This document shows positions 25,571-34,748 of a DNA stretch of 64,000 nt, in pieces (within the stretch, counting starts at the first letter, position 1; each line of letters opens with the position of its first letter). The notes below the pieces were generated by a model. The model did not search any database, was not told the origin of the DNA, and saw only the letters and a list, made by a program, of their open reading frames with translations. The stretch is from NCBI GenBank assembly GCA_049294015.1, contig JBAQCH010000024.1, positions 62,226-126,225 of the forward strand, written 5' to 3'. Source of the stretch: Anaerolineae bacterium (GTDB taxonomy: Bacteria; Chloroflexota; Anaerolineae; JAAEKA01). The translations under genes and the position numbers were made by a program.

Positions 25571-26986
25571 CTACCCAATACTGCCTTCCATCTGCAACTG
25601 GATCAGGCGGTTCATCTCGACGGCGTATTCCATCGGCAGCTCTTTGACCATTGGCTCGATGAAGCCGCTGACGATCATCGTCGCCGCCTCTTCCTCGCCC
25701 AGGCCGCGGCTCATCAGGTAGAAGATCTGCTCTTCATTGACCTTGCTGACGCTGGCCTCGTGGCCCACCTGCACGTCCTGCTCGTCGATCTCGATGTAGG
25801 GGTAGGTGTCAGAGCGGCTGTGGTCGTCCAGCAGCAGCGCATCGCACACTACCGTCGACTTGGAGCCGCTTGCGCCCTTGGCTACCTTGAGCAGGCCGCG
25901 GTAGGAAGCGCGGCCGCCGTTCTTGCTGATCGACTTGGAGATGATCTTGGAGGAGGTGTTGGGCGCGCCATGCACCACCTTGCCGCCCGCGTCCAGCGTC
26001 TGTCCGTGGCCGGCGAAGGCGATGGAGAGGATCTCGCCGTGGGCTCGCGGTCCCATCATGTAGACCGCCGGGTACTTCATCGTCACCTTCGAACCTAGAT
26101 TCGCGTCGATCCACTCCATGGTGGCGCCGGCCTCGGCGATGGCGCGCTTGGTGACCAGGTTGTAGACGTTGTTGGACCAGTTCTGGATCGTGCTGTAGCG
26201 GCAGCGGCCGCCTTCCTTGACGATGATCTCCACCACGGCGCTGTGCAGCGAATCCGAGGCGTAGATCGGCGCGGTGCAGCCTTCGACGTAGTGGACGCTG
26301 GCGCCCTCTTCGACGATGATCAGCGTGCGCTCGAACTGGCCCATGTTCTGGGCGTTGATGCGGAAGTACGCCTGCAAGGGGATATCCACGTGGACGCCCT
26401 TGGGCACGTAGACGTAGCTGCCGCCCGACCAGACAGCCGAATTCAGGGCAGCGAACTTGTTGTCTGACGGCGGGATGACGGAGCCAAAGTACTCCTTGAA
26501 GACATCCTCGTGCTCGCGCAGGCCGCTGTCGGTATCCAGGAAGATCACGCCCAGCTTGGTCCACTGCTCTTGCAGCGAATGATAGACCACCTCGGACTCG
26601 TACTGTGCGCCGACGCCGGCCAGGAAGCTGCGTTCGGCCTCGGGGATGCCCAGGCGGTCGAAGGTGTCCTTGATGCTATCCGGGATGTCGTCCCAGCTCT
26701 TGCCCTGCTTCTCGGTGGGCCTGAGGTAGTAGTAGATGTTGTCGAAGTCGATCTCGCTCAGGTCGGCGCCCCAGGTGGGCATCGGCTTCGACAGGAAGAT
26801 GTCCAGGGACCGATGGCGGAACTCGCGCATCCAGTCGGCCTCGTTCTTCATGTCGCACATCTGATCGATGACCTCGTGACTCAGACCCCGCTTCGATTTG
26901 AAAACGAACTCTTCCGGCTTGCTGAAGCCATATTGATACTCATCTTTTACGCCCGCAAGGGCTTCGCGGTCACTGGTAGTAGCCAT
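25571..26986 (-). CDS. sufB: Fe-S cluster assembly protein SufB
   Basis: 471 aa, [12 protein letters not shown]...; highly conserved SufB sequence throughout. Confidence 0.9.
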   Translation of the reverse strand: MATTSDREALAGVKDEYQYGFSKPEEFVFKSKRGLSHEVIDQMCDMKNEADWMREFRHRSLDIFLSKPMPTWGADLSEIDFDNIYYYLRPTEKQGKSWDDIPDSIKDTFDRLGIPEAERSFLAGVGAQYESEVVYHSLQEQWTKLGVIFLDTDSGLREHEDVFKEYFGSVIPPSDNKFAALNSAVWSGGSYVYVPKGVHVDIPLQAYFRINAQNMGQFERTLIIVEEGASVHYVEGCTAPIYASDSLHSAVVEIIVKEGGRCRYSTIQNWSNNVYNLVTKRAIAEAGATMEWIDANLGSKVTMKYPAVYMMGPRAHGEILSIAFAGHGQTLDAGGKVVHGAPNTSSKIISKSISKNGGRASYRGLLKVAKGASGSKSTVVCDALLLDDHSRSDTYPYIEIDEQDVQVGHEASVSKVNEEQIFYLMSRGLGEEEAATMIVSGFIEPMVKELPMEYAVEMNRLIQLQMEGSIG

Positions 26987-26994
26987 ACTGTTCT

Positions 26995-27177
26995 CCAGTT
27001 CGTACTCGGTAGTGGTAAATTGGTAGATTGGTGGATTGGTCGGTTGGCAGGGTTGGCGGGGTTGGCAGAGAGGTAGATTGGCAGAGTAGTCAAAGCAATC
27101 AGAAAAGCTGCATTTTGACTGACCCAACATGCCTCCGGCGTACCAATTTACCAATCTACCAATCTACCAGTTCCTTG
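26995..27177 (+). repeat. GGTAGATTGG / CCAATCTACC-type palindromic heptamer-repeat element
   Basis: ggtagattggtggattggtcggttggcagggttggcggggttggcagagaggtagattgg ... ccaatttaccaatctaccaatctacc; intergenic between sufB and sufC. Confidence 0.55.
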
Positions 27178-28008
27178 CTAAACCGCCACCAACTCGGCCT
27201 CGCCAAACTCGTCCTTGACCCACTGGTAGCCCTGGGACTCCAGTTGATGGGCCAGCTCCGCGCCGCCGCTGATGACCACGCGGCCGTTGTAGAAAACGTG
27301 GACGAAGTCGGGCTGGACGTAGTTGAGGATGCGCTGATAGTGGGTGATCAGCAGAATGCCCAGGCCGGGCCCGGCCAGCTTGTTGACGCCGTCGGAGACC
27401 ACGCGCAGCGCGTCGATGTCCAGGCCGCTGTCGGTCTCGTCCATGATCGCGATCTTGGGCTGAAGCATGGCCATCTGCAGGATCTCGGCCCGCTTCTTTT
27501 CGCCGCCGCTGAAGCCCTCGTTGAGGTAGCGCTTGGCGAAGCTGCGATCGACGTTATACTCATCCATCTTGTCCAGCAGCTCTTTGCGGAAGTCGCGCAT
27601 CGGCATCAGGTTGGAGCCGACGACGCCCGACTTGCTGCCGCCGTTGCTGGCCGCGGCCTGGTCGGTGTAGCCGCGCACGTTGCTGACCGCCGTGCGCAGG
27701 AAGTTGGCCATGCTGACGCCCGGCACAGCCACTGGATACTGGAAGGCCAGGAAAAGGCCGCGCCGCGCCCGCTCGTTGGGCTCCAGCTCCAGGATGCTTT
27801 CGCCGTCCAGCAGGATGTCGCCGCCGGTGACGGTGTAATGGGGATGGCCCATGATCGCGTAGGAGAGAGTGCTCTTGCCAGAGCCGTTGGGGCCCATCAG
27901 CGCATGCACTTCGCCCTGGCGGATTGTCAGATTGACGCCCTTCAGCACTTCTTTTTCGCCGTCGTTGACGGTTACGTGCAGGTCTCGGATCACTAGCTCG
28001 CTGGTCAT
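27178..28008 (-). CDS. sufC: Fe-S cluster assembly ATPase SufC
   Basis: Walker [13 protein letters not shown] signature LSGGEKKR, Walker [13 protein letters not shown]. Confidence 0.9.
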   Translation of the reverse strand: MTSELVIRDLHVTVNDGEKEVLKGVNLTIRQGEVHALMGPNGSGKSTLSYAIMGHPHYTVTGGDILLDGESILELEPNERARRGLFLAFQYPVAVPGVSMANFLRTAVSNVRGYTDQAAASNGGSKSGVVGSNLMPMRDFRKELLDKMDEYNVDRSFAKRYLNEGFSGGEKKRAEILQMAMLQPKIAIMDETDSGLDIDALRVVSDGVNKLAGPGLGILLITHYQRILNYVQPDFVHVFYNGRVVISGGAELAHQLESQGYQWVKDEFGEAELVAV

Positions 28009-28110
28009 AATGCTTTCAGAAACTCCTTGGTGCGTTGTTTTGTCTTTGCGACAGCGGGCAGACATCTACTTGCTCAAGCTGGCTGCCCTCAGTTATCAGG
28101 GTCGATACGG

Positions 28111-28788
28111 CTACTGTGGACTGACGGCCGGCAGCGGCCCCGCAGAAGCCAACGGTCGGGTGTTGACCACGAAATGGCAGCTATGATGGCCATCCTGGAT
28201 ACAATCGCCCAGGGTTACGTCAGTTCCCAGGGCTTGCGAGAACGCGCTGCGCTCCATCTCACAGATATCGCGGTGTACCGAGGCGATCTCGTGGTAGGGA
28301 CAGTTGTACTCGCGCAAAATGATGACATCGTCGCCGTGTTCGAGGTCGACCCGGATGCCGCGCCGGTCCAACACGGTCGACAGTTCTCGCGTCCGGTCGC
28401 CCAGCGCCTGGCCCTTGATCTGGCGACGATACTGCACCGCCAGCTTGCTGCCCACCCGGTTGAGCAGGTAGCGCAGCTTGTCGGCGCCCTCAGTCTCCAT
28501 CAACTCGTGGATCAGGTCCAAGGCCAGCTCGTCGTTGTAGCAGGCAAACAGGCTGTGTGAGCGCTCGGTCAGTTGGTAGAGGTTGCGCGGCCGGCCGACG
28601 CCTTGCCGCTCCTTGGACATGGTCACCAGGCCATCGGCTGTCAGGCTGGCCAGTTGCTGGCGCACGGCCGTAGCCGTCACGCCACTGGCCTGCTCCAGCT
28701 CTTTGATGCTGGCCGGGCCGTTGCGCAGCAGAAACTCAAGAATCTGCCCTGCGGGTGTGGAAGTATCTTGGGAGCTCAAGCCGGTCAT
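28111..28788 (-). CDS. sufR: SufR-type transcriptional regulator (N-terminal wHTH, C-terminal Cys-rich Fe-S sensing region)
   Basis: wHTH ILEFLLRNGPASIKELEQASGVTATAVRQQL; C-terminal CPYHE...C..E...C...C motif. First gene of the suf operon. Confidence 0.7.
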   Translation of the reverse strand: MTGLSSQDTSTPAGQILEFLLRNGPASIKELEQASGVTATAVRQQLASLTADGLVTMSKERQGVGRPRNLYQLTERSHSLFACYNDELALDLIHELMETEGADKLRYLLNRVGSKLAVQYRRQIKGQALGDRTRELSTVLDRRGIRVDLEHGDDVIILREYNCPYHEIASVHRDICEMERSAFSQALGTDVTLGDCIQDGHHSCHFVVNTRPLASAGPLPAVSPQ

Positions 28789-28833
28789 ATCATTGCCTCG
28801 GTGTCAACCAATGTCAGTCAGTAAGTGAACGAG

Positions 28834-28863
28834 AGTATAACACCCCATCTTTGATTTTGTCAA
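28834..28863 (-). promoter_or_regulatory. Near-consensus sigma70-type promoter for the sufR operon (TTGACA-17/18-TATACT on the minus strand)
   Basis: Minus-strand read TTGACAaaatcaaagatggggtgTTATACT, about 45 nt upstream of the sufR ATG. Confidence 0.5.
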
Positions 28864-28907
28864 ATTATCATGCGAAAATTGCCGAAAGCTGTGCTGTCAT
28901 AGCCCAT

Positions 28908-28951
28908 GCCTAAAAAACAATCGCCGGATGCCCATTGGGCATCCGGCGATG
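28908..28951 (-). terminator. Rho-independent terminator of the upstream minus-strand gene (14-bp perfect stem atcgccggatgccc/gggcatccggcgat, 3-nt loop, T-run)
   Basis: Minus-strand read: stem-loop followed by TGTTTTTTA. Confidence 0.6.
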
Positions 28952-28970
28952 ATGTTTCTGCGATTTTCGG

Positions 28971-30443
28971 CTAGCGCGTCTTGAGTCGCTGCTGCCAGAC
29001 AGTCAGGCCGCCGACGAGAACTACCAGGCTCAGGGCAACTGCCCACCAGGTTAGCGAGCCGGCAGCAGGTCCTTCAGCGTCCAGGCTGCTGAGGCCAACG
29101 GCCGTCGGAGCCATACAGGTGACCGAGACGGGGCCATGCAGGCTGGTGACGCCGCCCAGCGACACGTCTTGCAGCCAGTAGTAGTACTCCACGTCTGACT
29201 GCGCAGTCGTATCTTGCCATTGATAGGAACCACCTTGGACGCTGCCAGGGTGCTGGGCCGGGATCAGGGCCGTGTTCAACTGGGTGTCCCAGCCGGTGGC
29301 GGACAGCCCGCGCAACAGGTTGTACCCTTGTGTATCGAACTCAGAGACGCTTGCCCAACTGATGGTGGGCGTCTGAGCCTCGCAGGCAGCCGAGAAGCTG
29401 CTGAGTGTAACACCCAAGGTGCCGAAAGGATTGATATAGTCTTCAACCTCGCCGTTGGTGACCAAGCCCAGAGGTGAGATCGGCGTGGCCGACGAGTTGT
29501 CGTACAGGCGCACGCGCGCCGCCAGTTGACCGCCGTTCCAGGTGGCAGGGGTGTTAAACACCAGATCGTATGAGGCGCCGGTGCCGCCGGTCAACGTGAA
29601 CTGGTAGCGTTCGCCGCCGCTGCTGAACAGATTGTTGTCAAAGGAGCCGCTGTTGTCCCAGTCCAGCCAGAAAGCCACGGTGCAGTCGTTGCCCGCGGTG
29701 CATTCTCCGGCGCCTGAGGCGTTGACGCTGACACGGATCTTACCGCCGTTGACGCCGACATACCAGGGGGCAAGGAAGGCTACGCCGTCCTCATCGTCGG
29801 TGTTGTTGGCATCGTCGCCCAGGGCGTCTGGACTTGGGAATCCGCCGGCCGTCGTCTCATCGGTCGGATTTGCCCAAGCATAGTCGACCGTGCTGCCCAG
29901 CCAGATAGCGACCTGTCCGCCTTGCGTCTTGGGAGATCCGGTTCCGGTCGGGTCCTGGATAGCGTGACGGGCGCCGTTACTGCTGAACAAGGTGCTGTAA
30001 GTGTCCGGCAGGTCGCCGCCGTCGATGCCCTTGTAGAGCAGGATTGGCGGTTCGGGAGCAACCAACTGGCAATTGCACTTGGAGGTTGTGCCCGGACCAG
30101 GGACGAGAGCCGTCACGCCGTTGCAGGTATACTGATTTTCGTTGTTGGCCCAGCTTAAGCAGGTGCTGATCGGGTCGACCACACCGTTGTTGTCTGCGTC
30201 GTTGCAGTAGATGGTTACGGCCTGCTGCAGCTTGTAGATTGCGCCGCCCGGGTTGCTGGTAGCCAGCGGATCACCCTGGTTTGCTTCGCCACAGAAGTCC
30301 CCGTCTTCGTTACTTGAACGGGCCAGTCCCTGCGGGATTGAGCGGATTGCCAGCAGCGTTGAGCGCTGCGACCGGCTGTAGCACGTCCTTGTAACAGGCA
30401 GAACCGACCTCGGCGTTGCCCGTGCCCGCCTGGCCACTCGCAA
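28971..30443 (-). CDS. Secreted GEVED-domain protein with C-terminal sorting-signal-like TM plus basic tail; body of a gene whose signal-peptide N-terminus is in another frame (30310-30771)
   Basis: GEVEDYINPF motif; Gly/Asn/Thr/Cys-rich; C-terminus ..TWWAVALSLVVLVGGLTVWQQRLKTR. The ORF's own N-terminus (MRVARRARA..) lacks a signal peptide. Confidence 0.6.
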   Translation of the reverse strand: MRVARRARATPRSVLPVTRTCYSRSQRSTLLAIRSIPQGLARSSNEDGDFCGEANQGDPLATSNPGGAIYKLQQAVTIYCNDADNNGVVDPISTCLSWANNENQYTCNGVTALVPGPGTTSKCNCQLVAPEPPILLYKGIDGGDLPDTYSTLFSSNGARHAIQDPTGTGSPKTQGGQVAIWLGSTVDYAWANPTDETTAGGFPSPDALGDDANNTDDEDGVAFLAPWYVGVNGGKIRVSVNASGAGECTAGNDCTVAFWLDWDNSGSFDNNLFSSGGERYQFTLTGGTGASYDLVFNTPATWNGGQLAARVRLYDNSSATPISPLGLVTNGEVEDYINPFGTLGVTLSSFSAACEAQTPTISWASVSEFDTQGYNLLRGLSATGWDTQLNTALIPAQHPGSVQGGSYQWQDTTAQSDVEYYYWLQDVSLGGVTSLHGPVSVTCMAPTAVGLSSLDAEGPAAGSLTWWAVALSLVVLVGGLTVWQQRLKTR

Positions 30444-30771
30444 TGTAGATGCCCATGTCGTAGCGAGAGCTGGCCCCGATCACCAGGTAGGTGGTGAACA
30501 CGGCCGTGGCCGTATCATTGGCAGTCAAGCAGGCCTCAGTGATGGTGGGCGAGATCTTGCTGATGCGCGTGTCGTTAGCGGTGCAGTTGGCTCCGCCCGG
30601 ATACCCAGCGTCATCGATGCAGAAATTGCCGGGACCTGCATACTGCGGGTTTGGATACTGCGCCGAGGCCGTCTGCGCGCTGACCAACAGCGCCGCCAGC
30701 AGGCCCATTGCCGCCAGAGTAGCCAAAATCAAGGATTTGGCTGAAATGTGTCGAACTGTAGTTGCTGTCAT
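30310..30771 (-). CDS. Signal-peptide-bearing N-terminal part of the GEVED secreted protein, frame-shifted relative to 28971-30443 (pseudogene, programmed frameshift or sequence error)
   Basis: MTATTVRHISAKSLILATLAAMGLLAALLVSAQTASAQ signal peptide. Composition matches the downstream ORF and the two ORFs overlap by 134 nt in different frames. Confidence 0.4.
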   Translation of the reverse strand: MTATTVRHISAKSLILATLAAMGLLAALLVSAQTASAQYPNPQYAGPGNFCIDDAGYPGGANCTANDTRISKISPTITEACLTANDTATAVFTTYLVIGASSRYDMGIYIASGQAGTGNAEVGSACYKDVLQPVAALNAAGNPLNPAGTGPFK

Positions 30772-30992
30772 CGTAGTCTCCTTCTCCTGAAGTAAGATCT
30801 AATCCTTGTGAGCCGCCGGTTGATTGGCAAATGAAGATGGATTGGTTTTCGGGAAGCCAGGCAACCTGCATGGCGCCAAGAACTACCGTTGTTGGTCAAG
30901 CAGACGCAGCAGGCAGTTTGACCAATGCGATAATTCCCGCGTCTACAGCATTGGGTTAGAAATCTCTCCAAGTATAAGGCAGATTACGCCAT

Positions 30993-31016
30993 CTGTCTGT
31001 CAGGAGACTTTGACAA
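30993..31016 (-). promoter_or_regulatory. Copy of conserved motif CTCCTGACAGACA (minus-strand sense AAGTCTCCTGACAGACAG) in the promoter spacer upstream of the GEVED gene
   Basis: Minus-strand read TTGTCAaagtctcctgacagacagatggcgTAATCT; the same core occurs at 31852-31877. Confidence 0.35.
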
Positions 31017-31121
31017 TCTGTATCTTGATTTGCGTCAGTTCGGCGCAATTAGGCGCCGAAGCAGCACATGGTGCTGCACTGCGCCTGACAGCCAGGCTAC
31101 TACGCGCTCAGGCTAGCGGCC

Positions 31122-31814
31122 CTAGGCTAACCCGTTTTCTTTGGCAAAGTGCCGCAGGCCGGGCACAGTGCTGACCCCGAATTTGGACATCAGGCGCCCT
31201 CGATAGGTGTCGACAGATTTGGGCGAGATCGCCAGTTGTTGGGCGATCTGAGCGCTGGTTTTGCCCTCCATAACCAGGTCGAACACCTGGCGCTCCCGCT
31301 GGCTCAAGAGTCGCAGTGGGCTGGTTCTTTTGGCGCCGTTGCGCAGACCCAGATAATCGTTCAACAGCGCGACCGATGCCTCCGCGCTGATGAAGGTGCC
31401 GCCCGCATGCACCGCTCGCACAGCGTCGCCCAACGTGTTGCCGGCCAAGGGACAGAAAATGACCCCGTTGGCGCCCGCTTCCAGCGCCTGATACAATAAG
31501 ACCGAGTCGGTCTGTGGCAATACCAGCACCGTGCGCAGCCTGATATGCATGCGGTGGATGCTGCGCAGCGCTTCCAGGTCAAAAGCACTGAGAAGTTCCA
31601 GAACCAGCACATCGGGCCTGAGATCGGGCAAATCCAGGTTGACAAGCTGCTCCTGTGGCATTGCTCCAACCGTTACAATATCTGATTGGTTGTCCAGCGC
31701 TGCGCGCAACGCTGCTCCCGTGACCGCTCGATCCACTATGAGCACCCTGATTGCTGCCACGTTGTGAACCTTCCTGACATCATGGGATATCACTGGCCCA
31801 CGCGATGGGTGCAA
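31122..31814 (-). CDS. LuxR/NarL-family regulator with atypical receiver domain (phospho-acceptor Asp replaced by Glu, acidic-pocket DD replaced by DR); start uncertain
   Basis: Receiver ..IRVLIVDRAV...PDVLVLELLSAF.. aligns to the neighbouring regulator IRVLIADDHA...PDVAVVDISMP; C-terminal LuxR HTH LSQRERQVFDLVMEGKTSAQIAQQLAISPKSVDTYRGRLMSKFGV. Confidence 0.75.
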   Translation of the reverse strand: MHPSRGPVISHDVRKVHNVAAIRVLIVDRAVTGAALRAALDNQSDIVTVGAMPQEQLVNLDLPDLRPDVLVLELLSAFDLEALRSIHRMHIRLRTVLVLPQTDSVLLYQALEAGANGVIFCPLAGNTLGDAVRAVHAGGTFISAEASVALLNDYLGLRNGAKRTSPLRLLSQRERQVFDLVMEGKTSAQIAQQLAISPKSVDTYRGRLMSKFGVSTVPGLRHFAKENGLA

Positions 31815-31851
31815 GGCCAGCTTACCTCCACTTTAGCATAAAACCGCTGCG

Positions 31852-31877
31852 CTTGTCTGTCAGGAGTCTTGGCGCAA
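31852..31877 (-). promoter_or_regulatory. Second copy of the CTCCTGACAGACA motif, upstream of the atypical LuxR regulator; a partial third copy at 31898-31912
   Basis: Minus-strand read TTGCGCcaagactcctgacagacaagcgcagcggttTTATGCT; partial copy gtgattgtcaggagc further upstream. Confidence 0.35.
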
Positions 31878-31928
31878 TTGACGTAAAATCCCCACAAGTG
31901 ATTGTCAGGAGCGGCGCCGGGCGCTGGC

Positions 31929-32591
31929 TTAGTTCAGCGGAGTCAACCCGTGCTGCACGGCGAACTTGACCAAGCCAGGCAGGTCTTTGATGCCCAGTTT
32001 GGCCATCAACCGGCTGCGGTAAGTCTCGATAGTCTTAGGGGACAAGGACAGGATCTCGGCAGCCTCGGCGCTGGATTTTCCCTCAACGACCATTTGTAGA
32101 ATCTGCCGCTCCCGCGCGCTCAACCGTTCCAAGGGGCTGGCCAAGGGCCCACGCTCGCGCTGCTGGACAAAATCCTCCACCAGCACCTGGGTCATCTCTT
32201 CGCTGAAATAGCGATGACCGGCATGGACCGCGCGAATTGCCTCGATCAGCATCTTCCCGGCCGAGCCTTTGAGCAGATAGCCGTGAGCGCCCGCTTGCAG
32301 CGAGCGGTAGAGATGTTCCGATGTGCCTTGCATGGAGAGAATAACGATGCGCGTTTGCGGGGAAATGGCGGCAATCTCGATGGCAGCGTCGATGCCGTTC
32401 AATTCCGGCATGGAGATATCGACGACGGCGACGTCGGGGAGGAGCTGGCGCACCATCTCCACGGCCTCGCGGCCATTGCCGGCGCCGCCAACGACCTCGA
32501 TGTCTGCATGAGCCGACAACATATGCGTCAAGGCATCGCGCAGCATGGCGTGGTCATCGGCAATCAAAACCCGGATCGGTGCATGGTTCAT
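31929..32591 (-). CDS. LuxR/NarL-family response regulator (canonical receiver)
   Basis: MNHAPIRVLIADDHAMLRD...VVDISMPELNG...; C-terminal LuxR HTH. Start overlaps the kinase gene end. Confidence 0.85.
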   Translation of the reverse strand: MNHAPIRVLIADDHAMLRDALTHMLSAHADIEVVGGAGNGREAVEMVRQLLPDVAVVDISMPELNGIDAAIEIAAISPQTRIVILSMQGTSEHLYRSLQAGAHGYLLKGSAGKMLIEAIRAVHAGHRYFSEEMTQVLVEDFVQQRERGPLASPLERLSARERQILQMVVEGKSSAEAAEILSLSPKTIETYRSRLMAKLGIKDLPGLVKFAVQHGLTPLN

Positions 32592-34528
32592 GGTGCAACC
32601 TCGACTACGACTGTGGCGCCCGCGCCGGGCTGGGAGGTCACGTGCAGCGTACCGCCTACTGCCAGGGCGCGCTCCTGCATGGTAAGAAACCCCCAATGCG
32701 GCTCATCGCTGGCCTGCCTGACTCTCCCAACAGCAAACCCGCGTCCGTTGTCGGCAATAGTCATGCGTATCCGTTCCTCCTGGCACTGCAAGCTGACGAC
32801 AACCTTGCTCGCCGCTGCATGCTTGGCCACGTTGTTCAAAGCCTCCTGGGCAATGCGAAACAGGGCAGTCTCGACTGCCGATGAACAGCGCATGGTTACG
32901 CCGCAGTCAATGACCTCAGTTGCCACGCCGGTGCGCTGGCAAAACTGTTGACCGTACCAGCGCAAGGCAGCCAGCAGGCCGTAGTCGTCCAGGACCGGTG
33001 GACGCAGCTCGGCCATCACCGTGCGCACCTGGCGGATCGCCTGCCCGACCAGATCGCTGGCGTCGTGCAACTGGCGCTGCACCGCCTGTGGCGCGTTGGA
33101 CGGCAGCACCTGTCCAATCAGATCGAGATTCAGGTTGATTACAGTCAGCGTCTGGCCGAGTTGGTCGTGCAGCTCGCGGGCCAGTTGTTGACGCTCCTGC
33201 TCTTGCATGTCAGCTAGCCGGCCGGCCAGGGCGCGCAGTTGGCTGCGTTGCACGTTGACAGCCCGAAACAACAAGGCGTTCTCGGTGGCAATCGCTGCAA
33301 TGCCGGAAAGCGCTTCGACCAACCCCGCATCGCCTTGGCTGAAGCGGCCAAGCTGTCTGTCGGTCACCTGCAACACGCCAAATGGCTTGCCCTGAGCGAC
33401 AAACGGCACACTGAGGGCGCTGCGCAGCTCCTGGCTGCCCGGCGTCGTCACATATGGGACAAACCTGGGATCCGTGCGGACATCATCCACCACGATGACT
33501 TCGCCGGTCGAAAAGGCGCACCCGACCAGGCCCTTGTCCGGCGCAATCCGCCACCCCTGCAAGGGCGCGCTCCCAGGCCCAGCCGCGCGCCAGCAAACCA
33601 ATTCACCCGTCGCCGTGTCCTCCAGCCAGACTGCAACGCTGGCTGCCTCAAATAAGGCGCTGATTTCCTCCAGCACTGCCGCCAACACCTGATGCAGATC
33701 CAGGCTGGCGACGAAATGCTGGCTGGCGCGGTTGAGTAGGGCCAACTCCTGATTGCGCCGGTGCAGCATCTCCTCGAACTGCTTGCGCTGGGTGATATCG
33801 CGCACGATCGCCTGAACCATCGGCTCGCCGTCCCAATCGAAGCTGCCGGCGTTGATCTCCACCGGAAACGTGCTGCCGTCGCGCCGCAGGAACCATGAAG
33901 TCAGGCGCTTCTGCGTTGTACTATCGCTGGCAGGATCAAGCGAAGAGCGGCAGTCGTCAAGACTGCCGGGCGCAATGAAGGTCTCGATGGGCAGGGCGCG
34001 TACCTGCGCATCGTCCTTCGCTCCCAACATGCGCAGCAACGCGGGGTTGGCCAGACGAATGCGGCCCTCACGATCCACTATGAAAATGCCGTCGGGCGAT
34101 AGCTCGATCAGCCGCTCGTAGCGGGCCTGCTCAGCCAGCAGCCGGCGGTAGCGATCCATGCGCGCCACGGCCCGCACGCGCGCCCTCAGTTCAGTGGGAT
34201 CGAACGGTTTGCTGATGAAGTCATCGGCGCCAGACTCCAGACCCGCAAGTCGCGACGCCCGGTCATCCAGGGCCGTGATCATGATGATCGGCACGGCGGC
34301 CAGGCGCGGCATGGCGCGCAGCGACCGGCAGACGGCGAAACCGTCCATATCGGGCATCATGACGTCGAGCAGGATCAGATCCGGGCCCAACGCCTGCGCC
34401 TTTTCCAGAGCCTCGCGTCCGCTGAAAGCAAACTCAAGGTGATAGCCATCAACGCTTAGCAGCGAAGCTATCAACTGGCTCATGGCGGGCAAATCGTCAA
34501 CGATCAGGATCGTGCTGGTCGGAGGCAT
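32588..34528 (-). CDS. Hybrid sensor histidine kinase: N-terminal receiver, PAS, GAF, HisKA_3 and HATPase
   Basis: Receiver ILIVDDLPAM...LILLDVMMPDMDG; PAS/GAF middle; H-box ARELHDQLGQTLTVINLNL (NarX-type HisKA_3); ATPase C-terminus. Confidence 0.85.
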   Translation of the reverse strand: MPPTSTILIVDDLPAMSQLIASLLSVDGYHLEFAFSGREALEKAQALGPDLILLDVMMPDMDGFAVCRSLRAMPRLAAVPIIMITALDDRASRLAGLESGADDFISKPFDPTELRARVRAVARMDRYRRLLAEQARYERLIELSPDGIFIVDREGRIRLANPALLRMLGAKDDAQVRALPIETFIAPGSLDDCRSSLDPASDSTTQKRLTSWFLRRDGSTFPVEINAGSFDWDGEPMVQAIVRDITQRKQFEEMLHRRNQELALLNRASQHFVASLDLHQVLAAVLEEISALFEAASVAVWLEDTATGELVCWRAAGPGSAPLQGWRIAPDKGLVGCAFSTGEVIVVDDVRTDPRFVPYVTTPGSQELRSALSVPFVAQGKPFGVLQVTDRQLGRFSQGDAGLVEALSGIAAIATENALLFRAVNVQRSQLRALAGRLADMQEQERQQLARELHDQLGQTLTVINLNLDLIGQVLPSNAPQAVQRQLHDASDLVGQAIRQVRTVMAELRPPVLDDYGLLAALRWYGQQFCQRTGVATEVIDCGVTMRCSSAVETALFRIAQEALNNVAKHAAASKVVVSLQCQEERIRMTIADNGRGFAVGRVRQASDEPHWGFLTMQERALAVGGTLHVTSQPGAGATVVVEVAP

Positions 34529-34582
34529 GCTCAGTCAACCTTAGGGTGGTGCAGCATTCTGGCAACAAAGCTGAGTCGGGTA

Positions 34583-34611
34583 ATTGTAGAGCAGACTGCT
34601 GGCAGTGTCAA
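34583..34611 (-). promoter_or_regulatory. Consensus-like sigma70 promoter for the kinase/regulator operon (TTGACA-17-TACAAT, minus strand)
   Basis: Minus-strand read TTGACActgccagcagtctgctcTACAAT. Confidence 0.5.
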
Positions 34612-34640
34612 ACAAACCACAATTACTCTCAGCCGTCCGC

Positions 34641-34669
34641 TTGTCTGGAAGCCATTGGCTGGGTACAAT
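34641..34669 (+). promoter_or_regulatory. Candidate promoter for the divergent dehydrogenase gene (TTGTCT-17-TACAAT)
   Basis: ttgtctggaagccattggctgggtacaat, about 80 nt upstream of the ATG at 34749. Confidence 0.4.
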
Positions 34670-34748
34670 ACCATCCCTGAGCGCGCCAGCCGGGGCGCAA
34701 AACGACGCCTCGCCGCGCCTTGGTCACATCACCAGAGGACAGATCAGA

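Noticed and set aside
28971-29060. ORF start MRVARRARATPRS... as the N-terminus of the GEVED protein
   Set aside because: Located at the 5' end of the 28971-30443 ORF (around 30443 on the minus strand). It lacks a signal peptide although the protein has a C-terminal sorting-type tail; the signal peptide is supplied by the overlapping frame 30310-30771.
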